A DNA stretch of 64,000 nucleotides from Octopus sinensis (lineage: Eukaryota), in contig NC_043015.1 in NCBI RefSeq assembly GCF_006345805.1, positions 11,966,001 through 12,030,000 on the forward strand, given 5' to 3'. The position numbers and the translations under genes are program-made. Positions within the stretch are counted from its first letter, which is position 1; every line of letters begins with the position of its first letter. The notes beneath the pieces were generated by a model. The model worked only from the letters and a program-made list of their open reading frames with translations, searched no databases and was not told the DNA's origin. Below, piece after piece: positions 54,101 to 64,000 of this stretch.

Positions 54101-55240
54101 TACTTATTTTATTGCTTATTTATGTACCCTGTACTGCTACAACTACATTCAGAATTAAGACAGTAAGGGTCATAAGACTTCGTGTTCATAAAACATTAGA
54201 ACATCGATGTTGTTTTTCTTTAAACACATACTCTAGGTTTGCTGAAATACAAGAAAAAAAATAAAGGCGATATTTTCATTTTCACGTGACGCATTTGAAC
54301 AGAAACTTAATCTCATGAACTTATTAGCCCCCACTCCTGCTAGAAGGAAGAAAAACACAAAGAAAATATAATTATTAAACATTGTTATTTGCTACTTTAA
54401 TTTAACAAAAGTATGCTAACAGATTTTTGTCAGCAAATATTGAGTTCATATTAAGTTTGAGAAAAAGACAATCCCCCCACCAATACATAATGGCTTATCG
54501 TGCTTTTCCATCAGTGCTCCAGCCTTAATTTTGCACGCGTCGATTTTATTAGATAGAATTTAATATTGAAATGAAACCTTTACGAATTTTACAAAAGATC
54601 GTTATCATCATCCGAAAGTGAGGGAAAGTGAAACATCGCTTAAATCTGTAGGAAGTTGTAAATTGACGTAAAGATATTCAAAGATGTAATAAAAAAATGT
54701 TACTGAGGTTAAATGAACATAATCTAGGTTTGGTTTTATTTAAGCAAGATTTTAAATCAGCTCAAAAACAAAAACAATACAAATTGTGATTGATACGAAG
54801 AAACAGTTAAAGTAAGATAGAGTCACGCGATTTAGGTAAGGAAGTAGATTAGGAAATACATAAATATCTATGTTGTTTTTGTTCCTTATTTTTGATTCTA
54901 TTGTGTTCTTTTTATTAATATTTATTTATTTTTACTTTCTGTTTGCATCGGTTTACAAAACGAATTACAAACATTGTTAGCTTCAGAGTTTTCACTCGTT
55001 TTTTTTATGGTTTTGTGCGCAGAGGAAACGTGAATTCCATGACCTTTTGCAATACCTGCATGAAATGGTGTTGGTGGGGGGAAAAAGGAGGAAGAAACTA
55101 TGAAACGTGCATTTCTGTTATAGAAATCAATGCATCGGGATATCGAATTACTCTGAGACAGCCACCCGAATACTAAAAATATACTAGAATTACAGTATAG
55201 GTACACGGCGCTAATAGTGGGGTTGTTAAAACGGGTGATA

Positions 55241-56228
55241 GATTAAGTCTGTCCACCAACGTAAGTCGCGGTGTGCATACATACATACATACATACATAC
55301 ATACATACATACATACATACATACATACATACATACATACATACATACATACATACATACATACATACATACATGTATGTATGATAGGTCGCTAGCCACT
55401 AAACATTCTTTACTTTCTCTCCTTGTTTCTTTCTGTGTTCCTTTCTGTGGAAGAGCATAGACTCGAAACATTAAAGACTTTTTTCACTTCCCGAGCGCTA
55501 AACTAATACATCTGTTTGTTGTCTACACCACCTGTCTTCGTCTTTTGGGGTTTTTTTGTGAATTATACCTATATATATATATATATATATGAGTCAGTAA
55601 ATGGTGGGGTTCTGTATATATATATATATATATATCTTACCGAGTGATGGATTAAGTCTGTCCACCAACCTATGTCGCGGTGTGCATACATACATACATA
55701 TACATACATACATGTATCGCTAGCCACTAAACATTCTTTACTTTCTCTCCTTGTTTCTTTCTGTGTTCCTTTCTGTGGAAGAGCATAGACTCGAAACATT
55801 AAAGACTTTTTTCACTTCCCGAGCGCTAAACTAATACATCTGTTTGTTGTCTACACCACCTGTCTTCGTCTTTTGGGGTTTTTTTGTGAATTATCCCTAT
55901 ATATATATATATATATATATATATGAGTCAGTAAATGGTGGGGTTCTGTATATATATATATATATATATATATCTTACCGAGTGATGGATTAAGTCTGTC
56001 CACCAACCTATGTCGCGGTGTGCATACATACATACATACATACATACATACATGTATCGCTAGCCACTAAACATTCTTTACTTTCTCTCCTTGTTTCTTT
56101 CTGTGTTCCTTTCTGTGGAAGAGCATAGACTCGAAACATTAAAGACTTTTTTCACTTCCCGAGCGTTAAACTAATACATCTGTTTGTTGTCTACACCACC
56201 TGTCTTCGTCTTTTGGGGTTTTTGTGAA
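55241..56228 (+). repeat. three-copy tandem array (about 330-410 bp unit), each with a degenerate hammerhead motif
   Basis: Unit start GATTAAGTCTGTCCACCAAC at 55241, 55650 and 55989; motif CTTT-CTGTGGA-A-GAG(CATAGA)CTC-GAAA-C-ATT-AAAG at 55441, 55769 and 56109. Confidence 0.9.
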
Positions 56229-58693
56229 TATACTGGATCTCTGCTTTACAAACAATATGGATATTATCCATAATGTTAATGTGATGCCGACAATGATCTC
56301 GGATCACAACATAATAGAGCTGTCTATGTATGGAACAAAAGCCCCCGCAGACACACAGCCTATACGAAGCACCCACCATCTCTCCAACTTAAACTTTCAT
56401 AAAGCCAACTGGAAGTCGATTGAGAAAGAGATCCTCAACAGGATTGGCCTGAATGTCTCTCCACACCGGACATAAACATGAAACACAAGCACTTCATGTC
56501 CATAATACAAGCCATATGTGACAAATATGTCCCAATGTGCAGGGCCAGCACACACAAGAATAAAAACAGGATCCCTAGAGAAAGGAGGATTCTTATGAGA
56601 CGACGGACAAGGATTGCAAACCGCCTGAGCAAGCACACCAAAAGTGGTGAGAAGTCTCGGCTCGAAAGAATGCTAATGGAAACTGAGAAAAGTCTACATC
56701 AGTCCCATGAAAAGGAGAGAGCAGATAAAGAAGCTTGGGTAATAGAAAATATAAAATCAAACCCTAAAGCTTTCTTTAAGTTTGCCAAAGAGACAGCCAC
56801 AGTGCACCAGAGAATAGGACCTCTCTTCCAAAAAGATGGCTCTCTCACAGGAAATCCCACGAGGATAAGTGAAAACTGAACGAACAGTTCCAAAGTGTGT
56901 TCACTACACCTCTAGGACACAGGCAAGTAAACAACCCAGAAGAATTCTTTGCCACTTTACCAGCGGCCAAAGAGACAAAATTGAGTACATCAACGTCGAA
57001 GAAGATGATATCACACTAGCCATTGATGAGATTGACACAAACTCAGCTGCTGGACCTGATGGATTCCCAGCGATCCTTCTCAAATCGTGCAAACGAGCCC
57101 TTGCAAAACCGCTACAGCTTCTTTTCAGAGCTTTCTTGCAAGTGGTAAGCTCCCAGTCAAACTGAAAGAGGGGGTAATATGCCCTATCCATAAGGGAGGT
57201 AGCAGAGCAGATGCTAAAAATTATAGGCCTATCTCTCTGACCTCACACATCAGCAAAGTCATGGAACGAATAGTCCGTAAGAAACTAATCATGTTCCTTG
57301 AAGAAAATGACTTACTGTCTGACACCCAGCATGGATTTCGACCAGGTAGAGGCTGCCTAACACAGCTCCTGCAGCACTATGACTGGGTGTTGAAACAGCT
57401 ACTAAATGGCTCAAATGTGGATGTAATATATCTTGACTTTGCAAAAGCCTTTGATAAAGTCGACCATGGTATGATCTGTCATAACTGCGTGGTCTCGGCA
57501 TAGGCGGGAAACTTGGAGAGTGGCTGCACAACTTCCTAAAAGACAGAAAACAGGCAGTTGTGAGCAATGGAGCCACCTCCAGGGAAACGCAAATAACAAG
57601 CGGTGTCCCACAGGGCACTGTCTTGGGGCCACTGATGTTCATAGTGGCCCTTTCAGACATGCCTTCAGTTGCTACGATGACCACCCTTGCTAGCTATGCA
57701 GATGACACAAAGGTCTCCCACGCAATACAGAACCCTGAAAATATTGCGCATCTGCAACATGAGCTGGACACAATATACAGGTGGGCTGAGGACAACAACA
57801 TGCAGTTTAATGCAGGTAAGTTCCAGGCCTGCGCTACTGGCACACAAAGGTAAATGACGTGAAGACTGGATACACTGGCCCAGGAAGAATTGCAATCCCT
57901 GAGTCAAAATCAGTGCGTGACCTGGGCATTGACATGAGCAATGATGCATCTTTCCAAATGCATATTGCTAATCTGGTGATAAAATGCAGACGGCTAGCTG
58001 GATGGATTCTCCGAACTTTCAGAACAGAGAGAAGGAGACACTGATGGTCCTATGGAAAACATTTGTCCTCAGCCGCTTGGACTACTGCTCCCAACTTTGG
58101 TCACCACACAATATAAAACAAACAGCAGAACTCGAAGCAACTCAGAGAAGCTACACAAAGAAAATCGTCTCAATGCAAAATGTCAGCTACTGGGAAAGAC
58201 TGAAGGTATTAAACCTCTTCTCCCTGGAGCGGAGGCGGGAGAGATATGCAGTAATATACATCTGGAAAATCCTGGAGGGTCTTATCCCAAACTTTGGCAT
58301 TCAAAGTTACTCCACCGCAGAACGGGGCGCCGCTGCGTGGTGCCAAGGATTCCAACATCACCATCAAAATACAGGTCCAGATACTGCAACAGCTTGGGTT
58401 TCAGAGGACCACAGCTTTTCAACATCCTCCCTAAATGCCTGAGAAACTTACATGGTGTGGATGTGGGTTTCTTTAAAACTAAACTGGATCTCTTCTTGTT
58501 GGAAGTCCCAGATGAACCTACCTCACGACAGGAGACGCGGATGCGGGCAGCAGCATCGAACTCCCTTGTTGATCAAGTGCCACGTATCAGAGGTGGATTC
58601 ACAAACTAGTGTGGCTCATTCAGCGGTGGTGCCCCAGCATGGCCGCGGCCTTCGGGCTAAAACATTTTTAAGGATTTAAGGATTTAAGGATTT
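56227..58693 (+). mobile_element. 5'-truncated CR1-group LINE (end of APE, RT, C-terminus; frameshifted)
   Basis: ILDLCF...ISDHN (APE); NYRPISLTS, QHGFR, YLDFAKAFDKV, SGVPQGTVLGP, YADDT (RT); tail (AAGGATTT)3 at 58670-58693. Confidence 0.95.
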
Positions 58694-58695
58694 AC

Positions 58696-58746
<51 letters not shown>

Positions 58747-58773
58747 TCAGTAAATGGTGTGGTTCTGTATATA

Positions 58774-59017
58774 ACGGTAAGCTTTATGAAAATAGACAAA
58801 AGACGAAGGCAGGTTTACGGAAATAAACAAAAGACGAAGGCAGGTGGAATACAAACAAACAATTGTATTAGTATGGCGCTCAGGAAATATAAATGAAACA
58901 AGTCTTTAACGTTTCGAGCCTACGCTCTTCAACAGAAAGATACACAGAGAAAAAAAACACAGAAAGAAGGAGAGAAAAAAATATGCGTGCAAAAGCTAGC
59001 GAATCAACATGGCGATC
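58774..59017 (-). mobile_element. short hammerhead-bearing element with 14-bp flanking direct repeats
   Basis: TGGTTCTGTATATA at 58760-58773 and 59018-59031; hammerhead-like UCUUU-CUGUUGA-A-GAGC(GUAG)GCUC-GAAA-C-GUU-AAAGA at 58903-58940. Confidence 0.8.
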
Positions 59018-59887
59018 TGGTTCTGTATATATATATATATATATCTTACCGAAATATTAGTGCCAAAGTTTAAGTTAGTTAAAATATGTCTGTGACATAT
59101 TTCAATTGCTAAAAGGCTAATCTACTGCAGTTACCGAAGAGAAAGTTTTCTATTATGGTAAAAAGGTGTAGAAACACATTATCTGTTCAGTGTCGCCATT
59201 TGTTAGTATTCCAAGTCGTTGATGTTTCTAGCAACCAAGCTTTTATCAATGGGAAATACCTGAGAGAGTAGTTGAAAAGTTTTGTATTGTAGATGTTGTT
59301 GTTGTCGTAGTTATTGTTGCCATCTTTGTTGCTGTTGTTGTTTTCGTAGTTGTTGTTGCAATCTTTGTTGCTGTTGTTGTTGTTGTTGTCGTAGTTGTTG
59401 TTGACATCTTTGTTGCTGCTGTTGTTGTTATTTAGCCCAGAGTCAGCTTCGATAGAGCAAACTTATCCCAGACACTCTCGTCATGATGATCCCATATTTT
59501 AAAATTCTCTCACCCTTTATCTATCTGTCTATCTATCTAACTCTCTCTCTCTTTCTCTCTCTCTCTCCCTCTATCTATCTATCTATCTGTCTATCTAACT
59601 CTCTCTCTCTCTCTCTCCATTTATCCAGCCATTATCGATTCACTGCTGAGTGAAAGCTTTAGCAAGCTGTTATGGTTTTATATCAACCTTCTAGTCCTGT
59701 CCACTTTGGTTAATTGTGAATTGGACAGTGGGCTCCTGTAGTCGAATGATGAATTCTGTCCATTGACGCCTAAGTGGTATTTGAAATAAGAATGCAAGGT
59801 ACCGAAGCATATCGTCTGACGTGTTTCTCTGACTTACTAGGCACTGTTATATATATGTATATATATGCATATATACATACGCATGCA

Positions 59888-59972
<85 letters not shown>

Positions 59973-59976
59973 ATAC

Positions 59977-60007
<31 letters not shown>

Positions 60008-60134
60008 ACACGTTTTTGAATTTGTTTCGCAAGATTCTTGATGTGAAATCGTGTGTTGGAACAGATATTGTTCTATTTAGAGATGGTAATATAGTTTTCC
60101 CTGCCAAATTAACACATGCATAGTGCAATATATA

Positions 60135-60352
60135 CAGGATGCGATGGGTAAATTGTCGTCACCTTATATTTTTTATTCCGTGCATGCAAATTGTTTGTTT
60201 TTTATTTTGTCGACTACACAGTATAGTAAGGTCAGTTGGGCACCGTCTGTGAGAAAGACCAACAACATGACGCAATTCACTCTGCCAGGAATTTGGAAAC
60301 GACATGCTGTACTGCTCCGCGTTCGCGCCGGAAGCTCCAATACGAACATTTA
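60135..60352 (+). mobile_element. maT-like element 5' end
   Basis: TA-CAGGATGCGATGGGTAAATTG terminus, then MTQFTLPGIWKRHAVLL; matches 13310-13450. Confidence 0.75.
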
Positions 60353-60809
60353 TTGAATAAATTTACTCTTTAGTATTTCAATATATTAATATGTTATTTT
60401 GGTAAATATATCTATTAAATGAGAAGTCAGTGCTATCTTCATTTTTGTGTAATTTAGATGACAATTTATTCACCGCACAATGTGTGCTTGTGTGTGTGCG
60501 CGTGCGCGCGTCGGTGTCTCGTCTGTTGAGTGTAATGTAAGTCTATTGATGTGATCCAGACGCCTGATAATGCAGAAATACGTGCCTTGAATTGTGCTCT
60601 TGTCTTTCGGCAATCAGACAATTCTAAAGATTTTCCATTTGGACTTAGCACAAGTGGTCACCAAAAGTTGCTTTACCCTCTCAATAAATGAAGAATTTAT
60701 CTTTTGGATTATTTAATGCCACTTTATTTTTGTTATTCAAACACAGACTAGTGACCACACCGTGTTATTTCCCTTAACTCGTTTTCATGCCAGTTATGTG
60801 TGTATGTAT

Positions 60810-60810
60810 G

Positions 60811-60895
<85 letters not shown>

Positions 60896-60912
60896 GGATG
60901 GATGGATGGATG

Positions 60913-61008
<96 letters not shown>

Positions 61009-61088
61009 TATAGATAGATAGGTAGGTAGGTAGGTAGGTAGGTAGGTGGGTGGGTGGGTGGATGGATGGATGGATGGATGGATGGATG

Positions 61089-61180
<92 letters not shown>
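60810..61180. repeat. (GATA)n/(GATG)n/(GGTA)n block
   Basis: Read directly. Confidence 0.95.
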
Positions 61181-61182
<2 letters not shown>

Positions 61183-61419
61183 TTAACAGTTTCCATTAAA
61201 AAAATTAAAACAATATTTCGTTTTGTATTTGGTTTGCAAGTTCTTTATGTCAGTTTAGGTGTTGAAACAAATTTACTAGTGTCGAAGGAGATTCATTGTG
61301 CTATAAACATCCCTCCTAGTCTGTTACAGAGGCTGCGTTTGTCTGTCTGAGACCTTGTTGCTTGGAATCGATCATGGACGTATGTCATCGGTATTGGCGT
61401 TAATGACTCACCTTAAACA

Positions 61420-62258
61420 CGACAAAACAATACCCCGTTCAAAAATTAGAATATTCTAAAAATTTTTTAAATATCAACTAGAATGACTAGGAGATAACAG
61501 GTCACTCAAAGTAGCTGTTCTCAGTTTCCGAGACCTGGCACATGTATTCTTTAGTGTATACATGAGAAGATCTGCTAACACCTCCATAACCTTGACCAGC
61601 ATTTCAGCCTTGGTGTTTCAGGCAGAGCGATTGGTGTTTTTGTCTGCTGTGCCCCATACATAATAATCCATGAGATTACAATCGTAAAAATAAGGAAACC
61701 TGAAATTGGGGTTGAAGTCGTAAAAATTTTCCTACAGTCACTTCTGACTCTTTCTAGAAGTATGGCAAGGAGCCGAATTCTGTTCTTCACATGTCGTCTT
61801 CCAACAGTAATCTCTACCAGCCAGTGTTTTAACATAGCCTGTACCAGCTTCACTTAGTCGTTTGAATTGAACCTAAGACCCTGTTTAAAGAAGATAGATG
61901 AATTCTCGAACACGGATGCTATCAGAATGCCTGTTGTGTCTCTTTCTGTTGAACATCGCTTCGTAGTCTCGTTGCAGCTGTCCATGTCACGTCTTACAGC
62001 TTCTACAGTTTTCACAGAGCATTAAACAGCAGTCATGATGTTTAGCATTTTGTTACCTGACACGAATCGTCATGATACATGTAGCACGTTTTCCAATATT
62101 CAGCTGGCTTCCAATCCTCCATGTCAACTAACTTTTTCGCAATTACAACTTTAATCTTTATACTCTCCAACGCTGTTGATTATTCACCGACACATCAAGC
62201 TGTTCTTGTAAAAAGATGACATGAAAAAAAGTTGTTAAATTTAGTCCGAACACCTTGT
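61420..62258 (-). mobile_element. internally deleted maT-like element
   Basis: N-terminal KTVEAVRRDMDSCN joined to C-terminal NSAPCHTSRKSQ...DCNLMDYYVWG. Confidence 0.75.
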
Positions 62259-63109
62259 ACATACATATAACATACATATACATGTATATGCATAAATGTG
62301 TGTGTCTGTCTGTGTATGCATAAATGTGTGTGTCTGTGTCTGTGTCTGTGTGGGCATGTGTATGTACGTGTGTGTGTATGTGATGCTCACCCGATTCAGA
62401 TGCTCCACCTCATACTACACCTCATAACATAATGCTTATTTGCATCACTGATTCTTAGTCAAGCGAAGTGAAATAAAATAGTGACATGAACTTGTAAATA
62501 CCTATGTCGGTTCATATATGGACATTAAAGTGTATGGACATTAAAATCATATTATAAATCCATTTACCAAACATACTTCTCAAATTATTTTCATTTATTT
62601 ATTGATTGTTTTTCTGCTTTTTATTTGTTTGCTTATTTGCTTTCTGTTTTTATTATTTTTATTTTTTGGCTTAAATTTTCTAAAACGCCCTTGTCAGCAA
62701 AACTGAAATTTCTAAAAAGACAAAACAATCTTGTTTTATGGCCTATTATATTACCTAATATTATTATTACTGTCTATAACTGGTTTATTATTTAACAAAT
62801 ACAACACAGAAAAAAGTGTTAAGTGTATCTATAAAATGTAAATTTTGTATTTATGTAAATAAATATATATTATGGAAAATGCAATTTTTATATAAAATAT
62901 CAAATATAGTAATATATTTTTTATAAAATAAGATTTTTATTGAAGCCGGGAGTGAAGTCAATCTTTTACATTCTATAGAAATGGTTGAGACGTTATAAAT
63001 GACTATGAACAGGAATCGATTCTGAGCATCGATTAGAACAGCCTGGAGGACTCTCAGGTAAGACATCAGGGTCAAATTCCCAAATACCTTCGATCTGCTA
63101 CTACTAGTG

Positions 63110-63480
63110 GAGGGATCATTTGCCTATTCGGGATGAATTCTACAGTCTTGTCTGTATTGGAACCGCCAGTAAACTAACATGTGAAAGGTGTGGTGGAGGA
63201 CGACGAACTATCAACTCGTTCAGTGTCCACGCATTACTGGTTGCCATGTTTATGGTGACCAGCTGTTCTCAAGATCGAGATAGATTAGGGTTTCTGTCGA
63301 GATAATCGAAAAATATGAAGTCATCGATTTCCTTTGACTACAAAGGATATGCCTTCTTCTGTATGGTCGCTATGCTTAAAGATGCTGTATGATGTAGCAG
63401 CTGAAAGGCTTAATGAAAAGGCGTTCCTTCTCAGATCAAGCCCTCACCAACTCCTCCAAGTTCATGTGAAGAAGAAAGGT
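63110..63480 (+). mobile_element. L1/Tx1-like LINE 3' fragment
   Basis: LPIRDEFY...TCERCGG...LVQCPRIT, same zf-RVT region as at 18.4-18.6 kb. Confidence 0.6.
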
Positions 63481-64000
63481 AAAGATTAAAGGGAAGTGCT
63501 GTTCTCCGTTAATTTAAGACACGTGGAATAATAGCAAGATTAGCGTAATAAATTAATTTGCTCAATAAAATTGACCCCAGTATATGACTGGTTGAAAGGC
63601 AAAGTCGACCACGTTCAAGATGAACAAAAGCGTAACCATATGCTACACGATGTTCTGTCTGGAACTCTACCAATTCTGTTTCCCATGACTCTTATCCATT
63701 CCTAATACTTCTACAACCCTTTCTGTTCTTCTTCATTCTTTCTACTAATGCTGAATTTATATATTAACACTAACCCACACAATTATGTGAGATCGGCTCG
63801 GAAACAGTCGGTTATATCGACCTCAATACTTGACCGGTCGTACCACAGTACGTGTTGGAAATCCTGGTCTCACTGATTGCTTTCACATACATAGCTCGTG
63901 ATCTGAGATCATTGAGCAGGCGACCTTGCTTCCAGAGTTACCCCAAACTTCATACATTTATGCAACCTACACCAAAATCTGCCATGTTGGTAGGAAAGAA

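Noticed and set aside
55241-56228. CRISPR-like array
   Set aside because: Whole units are repeated with no unique spacers; eukaryotic context, no cas genes.
56227-58693. active or domesticated reverse transcriptase gene
   Set aside because: 5'-truncated with several frameshifts; an ordinary dead LINE copy.
62978-63058. segment between an acceptor-like site and CAG|GTAAGA
   Set aside because: Stops in all three frames; a UTR exon cannot be supported without transcripts.

Overview
AT-rich, repeat-saturated eukaryotic DNA. The repeat complement (tRNA-derived SINE families, long TA/CA/TAGA/TACA microsatellites, mariner/maT/Tc1 relics, CR1, RTE, Tx1, R4-like and Penelope-like LINE fragments) points to a coleoid cephalopod, most likely Octopus; this is inference from recalled repeat families. 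I found no intact, confidently recognisable host gene. Almost all long ORFs in the track are microsatellite translations or decayed transposon ORFs, and only a few low-confidence micro-exon candidates remain (about 0.8, 26.4, 27.2, 33 and 37 kb). The most interesting signal is a set of seven minimal type-I hammerhead-ribozyme motifs in short non-coding elements at 22.05, 32.1, 41.0, 55.4/55.8/56.1 and 58.9 kb. All carry an extra purine before stem II. They occur in three architectures: a tRNA-promoter-headed element closed by an inverted repeat, a second inverted-repeat-flanked family, and (TA)n-embedded copies including a retrozyme-like tandem array. Decayed Penelope-like ORFs (candidate mobilisers) lie in the same window. 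Also notable: a three-level transposon nest (46.0-48.4 kb), a CR1 LINE sharing its 3' tail with a SINE, and a foldback element carrying TTAGGG repeats. All coordinates and foldings were read by eye, so boundaries are approximate.
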